Source: an uncultured Candidatus Saccharibacteria bacterium (GTDB lineage Bacteria; Patescibacteriota; CAZHWT01). Taken from it: DNA of 64,000 nucleotides. The stretch lies in NCBI GenBank assembly GCA_964536215.1, contig CAZHWT010000001.1, positions 15,671-79,670 of the forward strand, written 5' to 3'. A program made the translations under genes and the position numbers. Positions within the stretch are counted from its first letter, which is position 1; every line of letters begins with the position of its first letter. Positions 47,931 through 57,359 of this stretch are shown one piece after another. The notes under the pieces were generated by a model. That model was not told the origin of the DNA. It did no database searches and was given only the letters and a program-made list of their open reading frames with translations.

Positions 47931-48707
47931 TTAGGTCCAGGCGCTTACAAAGTACAACACGACAATAATGATTCCACTGATAAATAAATACTGCTGTTGC
48001 ATGGCGCTTGAGAGCTGGCGGGCCTGTTGGTAATGAATGAGGCCAATGATCATGCTTATGCCTCCAGCTAAGCACAGACTAGTCATAAAACTTACAGGCC
48101 AAAATGCTAGGATGGCGGCTAGTTGAGCCGCTAGCAAGGCAACTAAGAACGACCAACCAATGCTATGGGTACTGCTGCGAGATAGTTTGGCCGCCCATAA
48201 TAACGGCCAACTTACCATCCAAGAAATACCCGCCACGGAGATAATCCACTCTCCTATATTCGGCAGCATGGACAACACGAGGTAAATTAAAGCGAATACA
48301 TATACCATGCCCATTAGGCTCATGACGGTTAAGGCTTGCCGGGCTAATGGGAGCGGCCTAACTGTGGCAACATTGAGAATGTTGAGGGTAAGAATTATAC
48401 CGTAATACCCCAAACTAAAAAGACCTACACTGGTCCAAACTAACCATGACGGTACGTGAAGCCAGTGCAGCCCCCAGTAGGCGGTTAGACTGAGTAACAG
48501 AGCATACAACGGAACAATGGCCCACTCCTCTGCTCTAAGGTCAAAGTCTAGCACCCAGACGGTAGCCAGGTACGTTATGATGAGGAAAGGGATGAGACTC
48601 CAGCCACCTAAAGGCCACATAATAGTGGCAGCGAGACAAGCACTCAAGCCAATAGCGCTGATAACAAATTTTTGTCTTTTAACGGAACGTAGGTCGAATG
48701 AGGACAT
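47931..48707 (-). CDS. Hypothetical polytopic membrane protein (conserved CPR type)
   Basis: About 8-9 TM segments; LNILNVATVRPLPLARQA loop motif. Confidence 0.75.
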   Translation of the reverse strand: MSSFDLRSVKRQKFVISAIGLSACLAATIMWPLGGWSLIPFLIITYLATVWVLDFDLRAEEWAIVPLYALLLSLTAYWGLHWLHVPSWLVWTSVGLFSLGYYGIILTLNILNVATVRPLPLARQALTVMSLMGMVYVFALIYLVLSMLPNIGEWIISVAGISWMVSWPLLWAAKLSRSSTHSIGWSFLVALLAAQLAAILAFWPVSFMTSLCLAGGISMIIGLIHYQQARQLSSAMQQQYLFISGIIIVVLYFVSAWT

Positions 48708-48775
48708 GATGCTGTATAGTAGCGCCTGGCGCGAAGAGTGCTATTGTATTCGACTACCGGAACTGCGGTCGATCG

Positions 48776-49501
48776 TTACTCTTCGGGTAGCGTAGCGTTG
48801 GTGTATACGCGTTGAATATCGTCGTGATCGTCCAAGGTCTCAATCAACTTGAGGACTTTTTGACTGGTTTCTGTATCCACAACTAGGGAGTTTGCGGCGA
48901 TCATGTGCATTTGCGCCTCTATCTGGCCATATGGCTGCAAGGCTTGAGTTACGGCCGACTGGGTCGCTGGGTCGGTAATGACGGTCAGGACATGATTATC
49001 AGGATCGGCATCCAGGTCAATGGCTCCTGCTTCTATGGCAGCCAGAGAGGCTTCATCGGCGTCACTCCCCCCTAGCGAAACCTCCAGAACCACCTGCGGA
49101 GTAAACATCCAAGCAACTGAACCAGCTTCGCTCATAGAGCCACCCAGTTTATTAAAAATGCTGCGAAGTTCGGCGATAGTCCGATTACGATTATCGGTCA
49201 TAGCCTCGATTAGCAAAGCTGCTCCACCTGGACCATACCCTTCGTAGGTGATTTCTTCAATGTTTTCAGCGCCTGGGCCATTAACTTTGTCGATGGCCCG
49301 ATTAATATTATCTTTAGGCATGCTGGCTGCACGAGCGGCTTCGATAGCCATCTTAAGCCGTGGGTTGCCTTCTGGGTCTGGACCGCCTAGTTTAGCTGCT
49401 ACGGTAATAGCTTTGGATAGCTTGGAAAACTGCTGGCCTCGCTTGGCATCAGCAGCTCCCTTGGCGCGTTTAATTGTAGACCATTTACTGTGACCGGACA
49501 T
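48776..49501 (-). CDS. yebC: YebC/PmpR family protein
   Basis: MSGHSKWSTIKR, YEGYGPGG, TDNRNRT, DDHDDIQRVYTN. Confidence 0.96.
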   Translation of the reverse strand: MSGHSKWSTIKRAKGAADAKRGQQFSKLSKAITVAAKLGGPDPEGNPRLKMAIEAARAASMPKDNINRAIDKVNGPGAENIEEITYEGYGPGGAALLIEAMTDNRNRTIAELRSIFNKLGGSMSEAGSVAWMFTPQVVLEVSLGGSDADEASLAAIEAGAIDLDADPDNHVLTVITDPATQSAVTQALQPYGQIEAQMHMIAANSLVVDTETSQKVLKLIETLDDHDDIQRVYTNATLPEE

Positions 49502-49742
49502 ACTTTATTATAATTCAAATTTCAAAAGTCAAAATTGAGTATTTGAGCAGATGCCTTTGTTGTCTTTGATGGCAAGGTGATTGTACCTAGCTTGTTATTG
49601 ACAAGCGGATGGGCGGCCCTTATTATAGCAAAGATTGTCTGAGTCAGCCAGTCGGGTCATATATCGAACCCCCTATGAATCATTTCCCGTACATATTTTG
49701 ACGGTTGATACCCATTAGTAGCACAAGGAGCGTTATAGAATT

Positions 49743-50567
49743 ATGAAAACTGTTCTTGAATTAGAGGATTTGGCTGCTAGAGCAGTTAAGGCTGCCTTAG
49801 CCCAGCAATGGCAAGAAGCCGAGGACTTAAACCAGCAGATTCTGGACGAAGACGCCAGCAATATTGAGGCAACTAACCGCTTGGCTCGAGCTTACACCGA
49901 GCAAGGTCAGGTAGATAAGGCTAAGCAGACGTATCAGCGCGTGCTTAGCCTTGATCCTTATAATGCCATTGCCCAGAAAAATCTGACTAAATTGGAACAA
50001 GGCGGTGGTCAGAGCGCTCGCCAAGTGAGCCAAGAAGCTTTCCTAGAAGAGCCCGGCAAGACTCGTAGCGCGCCACTAGTTGGTTCGCAAAAGAAACGAC
50101 TAGAGCAGCTTTCTTCGGGTGAGAAGCTAGACCTAGAAGCTCGTCACGGTCGCCTGGCTGTTATTACTGGCCAGGGAGCGCTGGTGGGCTATTTGGAAGA
50201 TGATCTTTCTACCCATCTGCTTAATCTGATCCATTTGGGCAATACTTATTCTGCCCACCTCATGTCAACGTCTGATACTCCACAGGTATTCCTGCGCGAA
50301 GTTAGTCAGTCGCCGCAGGCGGCCAAGTATGTGTCTTTTAGCCGAAGCCACTCTCTCCCATCGCCCGCTTCGGTTAAGTCAGGTCTGAATGACGACGTAT
50401 TTGAAACAACTTCCGACGAGACCGATGCCTGGGATAATGATGGCCTCAATGACGAATCGGCTGATGCTGACAGCGATGATGAATTTAATTCTATGTCGCT
50501 AGAGTCTATGCGCGATGAAGAAGAGAACGACTATGACTCCTCGTCTCGATCCCGAGGAGACTATTAA
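49743..50567 (+). CDS. Tetratricopeptide repeat protein with acidic tail
   Basis: NRLARAY...AKQTYQRVLSLDPYNAIAQKNL TPR; FLEEPGKT. Confidence 0.8.
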   Translation: MKTVLELEDLAARAVKAALAQQWQEAEDLNQQILDEDASNIEATNRLARAYTEQGQVDKAKQTYQRVLSLDPYNAIAQKNLTKLEQGGGQSARQVSQEAFLEEPGKTRSAPLVGSQKKRLEQLSSGEKLDLEARHGRLAVITGQGALVGYLEDDLSTHLLNLIHLGNTYSAHLMSTSDTPQVFLREVSQSPQAAKYVSFSRSHSLPSPASVKSGLNDDVFETTSDETDAWDNDGLNDESADADSDDEFNSMSLESMRDEEENDYDSSSRSRGDY

Positions 50568-50590
50568 GTAAATTGTACCGTGATTGTTTC

Positions 50591-50627
50591 AAGAGAGCGG
50601 ATACGGCCATGTCGTATCCGCTCTCTT
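50591..50627. terminator. Bidirectional terminator hairpin
   Basis: AAGAGAGCGGATACG-loop-CGTATCCGCTCTCTT between convergent genes. Confidence 0.8.
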
Positions 50628-50695
50628 TCGTTACAATTCCCGCATAATTCCCGCACCCAAGCTGGGTAGCTACCATAGAGGCCAGCTAGTCGCTT

Positions 50696-51613
50696 CTAGG
50701 TTAGGTCGTCATCATCCATGGCAGCTGGGATAGAAATTTCGCCTTGTGTAGGCGGCAGGTCGGCTGGCGCCGGCTGCGGCGCGGGAGTAGCTTTAGCTGC
50801 TGGGCTGCTTGGCTGGCTAGCCGTGCGTGTGGGCGTGGTTGAGGACTTTGATTTATTCCGTGATGAACTAGCCGGCTTTTTGGTTCTGGCCTTATTGGTA
50901 TCTGGCCGATGAGACTGACGTGGCTTATTGGACTCGGTCTCTGTGGCTGCGGCTGGCTGAGCTGTGGCGGCGACTAATGGCTCAGGCTTAAGATCTACCG
51001 CGGGGGCAGGAGCTGGAGTTGAGGTAGTCGCTAGGGTGGGTTGTGGCTCAGGTATGGGCTGTGGGGCGTGCGAAATGACGGCTGGGCCAGTCGATAGGCT
51101 GGATGGCTGAGCTGCTGGAGTCGGGGCCGCGACGGTCGATTGGTCGGCGGCTTTAATAACCTTCTCGACAGCCGCCCAACTGCCCTTAACATGATTCTTA
51201 GCAAACTGGATGGTAGCTTGGTCGCCAGGCTCACCCTCGTAGTGCTTAACCGCAGCCGTGAGCACCTTAAAGGATCCTTCTTCGCAGATTACTTCAAACT
51301 TACCATCTTTACGAGTCAACAGCCCAGTTGACTTGGCTCGCTCGACCTTAGCAATTTGCTTAAATCGGGGCTGGTCCCCACCTTTAGGATCATCGGTCAT
51401 CCGTAAGGTGTCGCCGGCTACTAGCATGGATTTAGAAGCATAGTTGGGAGGGACGATATAGCGCTGACCGTCTTCTGTCACCATTGCTTCTCCATCAAAC
51501 AGACCGACTGTCCCCTCTTCTTTTATGCCTAAGGCATTAAGTTCTCGTTTAACGATTTCTAACTGCGCCTCCATAACTTGAACGGCTTTTAGTAATTGCT
51601 CTGCTGATGCCAT
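50696..51613 (-). CDS. Conserved hypothetical CPR-type protein with disordered Pro/Ala/Thr-rich tail
   Basis: GLFDGEAM...YIVPPNYASKSMLVAGD...FKQI..VER core. Confidence 0.7.
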   Translation of the reverse strand: MASAEQLLKAVQVMEAQLEIVKRELNALGIKEEGTVGLFDGEAMVTEDGQRYIVPPNYASKSMLVAGDTLRMTDDPKGGDQPRFKQIAKVERAKSTGLLTRKDGKFEVICEEGSFKVLTAAVKHYEGEPGDQATIQFAKNHVKGSWAAVEKVIKAADQSTVAAPTPAAQPSSLSTGPAVISHAPQPIPEPQPTLATTSTPAPAPAVDLKPEPLVAATAQPAAATETESNKPRQSHRPDTNKARTKKPASSSRNKSKSSTTPTRTASQPSSPAAKATPAPQPAPADLPPTQGEISIPAAMDDDDLT

Positions 51614-51616
51614 TAT

Positions 51617-54532
51617 TTATTGTCCTCCTTTAGGTATCGGTTTATCTTGGCTGGTTAAAATAATCTCTCCACTAGATTGCGAAGTAGCTATGTGGCGAAT
51701 CGGCGTGTGGCCAATGCCGCCTGGTATGCCATGGATGGTCGTGGGGGAAGGGTGAGCTACGCGGCGAGGCTTCGGCTTGGGGTTAGCTTGGGAGTTACTG
51801 TCTGATTTGTGGTTATCCGACTGTACCGAAGCGTCAAAGGTTGGAATGACTCGAGTATGCGCTGGTTGGACGATTGGACGCGATTGATGGTCAGGGTGGC
51901 CAGCAGGCTGATCTGGCGCATGAACCTCTGCCCTACTCTGGCTACCAGTAGCGCTTTGTCCCTGACGTTGTGTCGGTGATTGGGATGAGGCAAGCTGCTG
52001 CTCTGCTACTACAGTTGACTCTGTACTACTCTGCTGTTTGGCTTGAGTACCTTCGAGGTAGGAAGCGTCGCGCTGTTGATCGCGTAGGCGCTGGATGGCA
52101 ACGTCGTCGACGCCAAGCTGAAACTTTTTGAGCGTCCATTTAGCAATTTTCTCTTCGACTTGGGCTTTTGTTTTAGGCGCGTATTGACGTCGTGAGGCTT
52201 CTATAATGGCAGCGCGATGCCCCTCGTGCCGGGCAATTGGTGGTAGGGTGGCGGCGCTAAATGGTCGCGATTCCATGCCGTCAATCATTAGTTTAAGGTA
52301 AATGTGATGTTTTTCCAAAGCGACCATATCTTCGGCGCTTAAGGCAGGCGCGAATTGCTGGGCCAAGATGGAAGCATCATTGGGTCCAACAGTAAAACTA
52401 ACGGTCGTGCCAACGTTACCAAATACAGCCGTCCTGACTTCCTCTGGTAGTTGGTCAATATACTGGTGAGTAATAATTAAATTGAGACGGTATTTACGAG
52501 CTTCGGACAGAATAGTGGCAAATGAGCTGGTGGCAAAGTTCTGGAACTCATCGGCATAGACATAAAAGTCCCGACGTTGCTCTTCCGGCATGCGCACCCG
52601 GGTCATGGCAGCGTTTTGCATCCGAGAGATAATCATAGCTCCCAGCAAGGACGAGTTATCCTCTCCTAGCTTACCTTTGGATAAGTTAATGAGGAAGATC
52701 TTGCCATTATCCATTATCTGGTCAATGCGGATTGTCGATTTAGCTTGGCCCACAATATTACGGATGGTCGATGTTTGTAAAAATTGACCGACTTTGTTCT
52801 GAATTGGCGCTACGGCTTCGGTAATTAATCGATCATTGGAGGCCATAGCGGCGTATTCTTTGTTCCAGAAGTTGCGCAGTTGCTCATCCTCAATAGTGTT
52901 CACAATCACTTTGCGATACTCTTTGTCGGTCAGTAGCCGGTTGACACCGAGTAGCGTAGAGTTAGGTACTTCAACTAAGGTTAAGAAGCAATTGCGTAGA
53001 ATGTACTCCAACCGGGGACCCCAGGAATCAAACCGTCGCTTGAACACGTCCACTAGAGCCGAGGCAGTCAGATTGCCTTGGGTGGGATCGAACAGTTCGA
53101 GCATGTTTAAGCTAACTGGATTATTAGCATCGGCCGGGTCAAACAATACAACATCATCAATGCGGCTTTCGGGGATGTTGTCCAAAAGCCGGTCGATGGT
53201 ATCGCCGTGCGGGTCCATAATGGCTAAGCCTTGGCCAGCCAAAATGTCTTTCATGATCATATTTTCCATTAAGGTGGACTTACCCGTACCCGTCTTTCCA
53301 ATCATATACATGTGCCGGCGGCGGTCTTCTGGCTTAATGCCAAAATAGACATTGCGACTGCGGAAGGCTGTCTTGCCAAACACAGTATCCACGTCGGTCG
53401 GCAGGTTGAGCGGCGGCTCCAATTGCTTGGCTTTACTCCAGGCAATGGTCGGCGTTTCGACGGTCAGGTTGGGGAGGTGGTAAATAGAAGCCAATTCTTC
53501 GGCATTGAGCACAAAGTAGCTCTCATCCTCGACTGGAAATGCCCGCAGCTGGTAATCGTGAAAAATGTCCTCGGCTTTACGCTCGACTGGCGAGATGGCA
53601 AAGCTGTTCAGATGAGTCATGGAAAACTGCTTAAACGAAGCTATAATTGAGGCCAGGGCCTGCTGCGATGACTGCTCTGATTGACCAATAGACACAATAC
53701 GGAGGGCTGTTTCGAAGCCAGGCTTGTTCATCTTATTCTCGATAGCCTTAAGTTCCAGATCCTGTCCGGCGGTTAGCTCCACCTTCTCCTCTTTTTTGGC
53801 TTTTTCTGGTGGTGCAGTAGCTGGGAAAACTGACTGAATCATAAAAGCTGGCAAGGAGGTAAACTCTTTTATGACATCATTAACCATTTGGACGATAAAA
53901 TTTGTCTGTTCGGGCTTGGATAATTCACCCTTTCTCACTTTGCTGACGTATTCATAGCCAGCATCCTGCCAAATGTCTTCTAACGGCCGGACTATTAACT
54001 GCATCCAGACCTGCTCCTCATGGTTTAGGCGTTCCACGGAACCAGTGATGGCTGCCAAAGGGTCGACTTGGAAATCAACAAAGGTTTTAATGGGGTGGTA
54101 ATATTCGCGGGTCAGAGCCATTTCAGCGGCCGTAACAACGGTGTGTCCGGCTGGCAGCTGATTGATATAATCTGTATCTACTTCGGAGATATTGGCGTTG
54201 GGATATTGGGCGTAAATTTGACCCTCGACGAAAGTGCGGAAATAGGTTGGAACGTGAACAAAGAAACGAATACCTTCGTGCGTAGCGACGAGCTCAAAGC
54301 TTAAGTGCTCTTGCAATCCGGGCGTTTTGGATAGCATGCCGTGCAAGGCCGTAAACATAATCTCGGCCGAGAGCGACGTTTTGTCGTTCATTTTGGGGAC
54401 TAAAATAGACAATAGTGTCCCCGCCTCCGGTTGCTGAGGCTCAGGGGGTGTTTCTTCTAATCCTTTTCCAGCGATTGTCCAGCCTAGCACCAAGGTTCCA
54501 GTAATAAACAGGACAATAATGAGCAACAGCAT
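51617..54532 (-). CDS. Membrane-anchored HerA/VirB4/TrwB-like ATPase (DUF87-type)
   Basis: DRRRHMYMIGKTGTGKS, DPHGD, YADEFQNF, SEARKY, HQY..QL. Confidence 0.88.
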   Translation of the reverse strand: MLLLIIVLFITGTLVLGWTIAGKGLEETPPEPQQPEAGTLLSILVPKMNDKTSLSAEIMFTALHGMLSKTPGLQEHLSFELVATHEGIRFFVHVPTYFRTFVEGQIYAQYPNANISEVDTDYINQLPAGHTVVTAAEMALTREYYHPIKTFVDFQVDPLAAITGSVERLNHEEQVWMQLIVRPLEDIWQDAGYEYVSKVRKGELSKPEQTNFIVQMVNDVIKEFTSLPAFMIQSVFPATAPPEKAKKEEKVELTAGQDLELKAIENKMNKPGFETALRIVSIGQSEQSSQQALASIIASFKQFSMTHLNSFAISPVERKAEDIFHDYQLRAFPVEDESYFVLNAEELASIYHLPNLTVETPTIAWSKAKQLEPPLNLPTDVDTVFGKTAFRSRNVYFGIKPEDRRRHMYMIGKTGTGKSTLMENMIMKDILAGQGLAIMDPHGDTIDRLLDNIPESRIDDVVLFDPADANNPVSLNMLELFDPTQGNLTASALVDVFKRRFDSWGPRLEYILRNCFLTLVEVPNSTLLGVNRLLTDKEYRKVIVNTIEDEQLRNFWNKEYAAMASNDRLITEAVAPIQNKVGQFLQTSTIRNIVGQAKSTIRIDQIMDNGKIFLINLSKGKLGEDNSSLLGAMIISRMQNAAMTRVRMPEEQRRDFYVYADEFQNFATSSFATILSEARKYRLNLIITHQYIDQLPEEVRTAVFGNVGTTVSFTVGPNDASILAQQFAPALSAEDMVALEKHHIYLKLMIDGMESRPFSAATLPPIARHEGHRAAIIEASRRQYAPKTKAQVEEKIAKWTLKKFQLGVDDVAIQRLRDQQRDASYLEGTQAKQQSSTESTVVAEQQLASSQSPTQRQGQSATGSQSRAEVHAPDQPAGHPDHQSRPIVQPAHTRVIPTFDASVQSDNHKSDSNSQANPKPKPRRVAHPSPTTIHGIPGGIGHTPIRHIATSQSSGEIILTSQDKPIPKGGQ

Positions 54533-54635
54533 GCTCGTCTCCTTATGAGGGGTTCAAAAGCAGTCAGGTATTTTTATCGGCCGCTCTTGGTTTATGTGCG
54601 TATTGTATCACATATAGGGAGAAGGTGGAGATTTT

Positions 54636-54723
54636 GTTAAACGTTAAACGTTAAACGTTAAACGTTAATCGTTTATGATTAGCGATTAGCGATTAGCGAT
54701 TAGCGATTAGCGATTAGCGATTA
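54636..54723. repeat. Adjacent tandem heptamer arrays (GTTAAAC)x4 and (GATTAGC)x6
   Basis: Perfect copies read directly from the sequence. Confidence 0.95.
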
Positions 54724-54899
54724 AGGGGATTTTAGCACGAGGTGGTATTTGTTTATTTTGCGTCTTGTGACTTGGTTTGGCATTTGGATTCTTGTGCCTT
54801 GGCATTTACCGGTGAGTTTGAATATTTCATAGTCGCCTGATTCCATTCCTTTAGCCCGATTATACGTATATGTATATGTATACGTATACCTTAGGATAC

Positions 54900-54969
54900 A
54901 AAAATACCGCCTAATTTGGGGCGGTACTTTTGCATCCTGAATAAATTCAGGATAGAAAGGAGAGAGACA
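54900..54969 (-). ncRNA. Candidate small RNA of about 70 nt
   Basis: Consensus promoter TTGACA-17-TATAAT (55003-54975), 5' CU-rich tract, hairpin ATCCTGAAT/ATTCAGGAT, terminator TACCGCC/GGCGGTA-TTTTT. Confidence 0.5.
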
Positions 54970-55083
54970 TGGTTATTATAGTATATGCCGCACGGTTTGT
55001 CAAGCTTTGTGGTAAGTGATGGGTGATGAGTAGCAAATAGGGAAAAAACACTACCTCCTCTCCCCTGTTCCGCTACTCAGTAG

Positions 55084-56112
55084 CTAACGTGGTTGTCCCA
55101 GCCGGTTAAGGACGTCTACACCGACTACCAATTCAACATCAGCCCTTTCTCGGCCGGTTTTGGCGGCTACGGTTAAGGGGACGCCCAGCAAATTAGTAAG
55201 TCCGGCGGTTAGCCGGGTACTTTTTTCGGCAGTCATAGTGGTGTTAGCCTGTCCGGAGTCGGCTGGCTCTACAGCGACCACTTCCCCACCTAGATGGTGA
55301 GCGTATCTGGCAGTTAAAGCGGCAAGCCCCGGTACATCGGTAGCGTTCTTAACCACAATGCTCACCCCTTGGTTGACTGCCTGCTGGTCAACGAGTGTTC
55401 GTTCGACGAGCGGATCGAGTTGGTCAGTTTGACCTACCGTCATCCCCTTGTCGGTGCGACTAAAGGCCGCAGCGTCGATAGACTGAATGGTGATGCGACT
55501 ATCGTCGGCATCTCGGACTAGCCATACCGTTTGAATAAATTGCCAAGGTGACAGATTGGTACGAACCTCTGGCTGGTTTAAGAGCCACCACGGGGCCGAA
55601 GCGGTTGTCTGCCACCAGCTAGGCTTGGGCTGGCGGAGGAACAAGGCCGACCAGCTCTGTGCTTCTGGCAATACTGCCCCCGATGGTTGAATAATATACC
55701 CATTTATAGGTAGAGCTAGCGTTTGCTCGACTAATTGCTGCAGTTCTTTATAGTAGCCATTTTGCAAATAGTCGGCTGCTGTAGTCTGACCGTCTGATAG
55801 GTCGGTTGGCAATTGCAGAATTGAGAAGCCACGGTCTTCGGTCCAGACCCTCATAATGGCTAGCGATTGGAGCTGAGCGGCGTCGGAAGCAGATTGCTGG
55901 GCAATCAGGTAGACTGGGTTATCCATTGTGGAAGTAATGAAAGAATGAGGAGTGCTAGTAGGATAGGTCTTGACCGCATGACTAACCGCCAGAGCAGCGG
56001 TCACCCCCCACCAGCCGAACAAGCCAATACAGGCTATGCCAACGAGGCGGAATAGCCAGACTTTTAGACTCGACCTAGAGCGACTATGCCGCTTAGTGTG
56101 ACGGCGCTTCAT
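55084..56112 (-). CDS. LCP-like membrane protein with LytR C-terminal domain
   Basis: N-terminal TM; SILQLPTDL; IVVKNATDVPGLAA...ADVELVVGVD. Confidence 0.75.
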   Translation of the reverse strand: MKRRHTKRHSRSRSSLKVWLFRLVGIACIGLFGWWGVTAALAVSHAVKTYPTSTPHSFITSTMDNPVYLIAQQSASDAAQLQSLAIMRVWTEDRGFSILQLPTDLSDGQTTAADYLQNGYYKELQQLVEQTLALPINGYIIQPSGAVLPEAQSWSALFLRQPKPSWWQTTASAPWWLLNQPEVRTNLSPWQFIQTVWLVRDADDSRITIQSIDAAAFSRTDKGMTVGQTDQLDPLVERTLVDQQAVNQGVSIVVKNATDVPGLAALTARYAHHLGGEVVAVEPADSGQANTTMTAEKSTRLTAGLTNLLGVPLTVAAKTGRERADVELVVGVDVLNRLGQPR

Positions 56113-57359
56113 GGTACATACTCCTGTTTTAAGGCTTGAAAAGCAGCTGGACCATCTTCTAACGCGGTTCGAACTTTTTGCATGAGACCAAGCATGGTAT
56201 AGACATTATGGTACGAGGCTAAGCGAGCGCCGAGGATTTCACCAGCCCGGCAGAGGTGGTTAAGGTAGGCACGGGTATACGTAGTGCAGACCCAGCAGCG
56301 ACAGGTCGGATCCGGTGGTGAAAAATCCTGGCGATATTTGCCATTGGTAATAATTAAACGATAGGGGTTGGCTGAGCCTTCAGCTTTGGCTGTTTGCGGA
56401 TGAACGATAAGGGTGCCGTTGCGAGCCCAGCGGGTGGGAGTAACACAGTCGAACGTGTCTATACCCCGCTCTACGCCCATAAAAATGTCATCTATATCCC
56501 CTACTCCCAGCAAATGGCGTGGCTTGGCTGGATTGAGATGAGGCGTGCTCCATTCAACGGCTTGGCGCATTTGGTCCTTGCTCTCCCCCACCGAGACGCC
56601 GCCGACGCAATACCCGTCAAAATCGAGCGTATCAATATATTTGGCAGATTGTTGGCGTAAATCCTGATAAACGCCGCCCTGAGTAATGCCGAATAGATGT
56701 TGATGCGATTGGCCGTGCTGCTGATGATAGTCTAGGCCCCGCTTGGCCCAGGCGTGAGTACGCTGCATAGCCTCCTGAGTGTATTCATGGGTGGCTGGAT
56801 GTGGGGCACATTCATCAAAGGACAGAATAATGTCAGCGCCGATTTTGTGCTGAGTGGCTAAGGAGATTTCGGGAGTAAAACGATGAATAGAGCCGTCCAA
56901 GTGAGAGTGGAAGGTGACGCCGTCATCGTCAATGCGGGCCAGGAGGGGTGAGTTTCGAGTTTCGAGTTTCGAGTTTCGAGTTTGGGATTGGAGGGCGAGG
57001 GACGAGTCTCTTGCTGCCTTGCTGCCTTGCTGTCTTGCTGCTTTACCTAATCCAAGACTAAAAACCTGAAAACCACCGGAATCCGTAAATAAGGCGCCGG
57101 GCCAGGATTGAAATTGATGCAGCCCGCCAGCCGCGGCGATAGTGTCGGCACCCGGACGCATGTATAGGTGATAGGTGTTGCCGAGAATGAGGCGGGCACC
57201 CATATCCCATAATTCTTGCTGGGACAAGGTTTTAACCGTAGCTTGAGTGCCGACTGGAAAAAAGGCTGGCGTTTCAATGGAGCCATGGCTGGTGTTAATG
57301 CGACCACGACGAGCAGCGGTACCCGGCAGCGTTTGCAGTTGTTCAAAAAACGGCGTCAT
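56109..57359 (-). CDS. tgt: tRNA-guanine transglycosylase
   Basis: TPAFFPVGT, NTYHL, TDSGGFQVFSL, QGG, PRHLLGVG, DTFDCV, CRC..C..HN Zn site. Confidence 0.96.
   Translation of the reverse strand: MTPFFEQLQTLPGTAARRGRINTSHGSIETPAFFPVGTQATVKTLSQQELWDMGARLILGNTYHLYMRPGADTIAAAGGLHQFQSWPGALFTDSGGFQVFSLGLGKAARQQGSKAARDSSLALQSQTRNSKLETRNSPLLARIDDDGVTFHSHLDGSIHRFTPEISLATQHKIGADIILSFDECAPHPATHEYTQEAMQRTHAWAKRGLDYHQQHGQSHQHLFGITQGGVYQDLRQQSAKYIDTLDFDGYCVGGVSVGESKDQMRQAVEWSTPHLNPAKPRHLLGVGDIDDIFMGVERGIDTFDCVTPTRWARNGTLIVHPQTAKAEGSANPYRLIITNGKYRQDFSPPDPTCRCWVCTTYTRAYLNHLCRAGEILGARLASYHNVYTMLGLMQKVRTALEDGPAAFQALKQEYVP

Noticed and set aside
51617-54532. Conjugative element
   Set aside because: No relaxase, mating-pair genes or element boundaries; the flanks are housekeeping genes.
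54636-54723. Possible CRISPR array
   Set aside because: Contiguous 7-mers without spacers and no cas genes. The 36-bp palindromes are also isolated and not arrayed.
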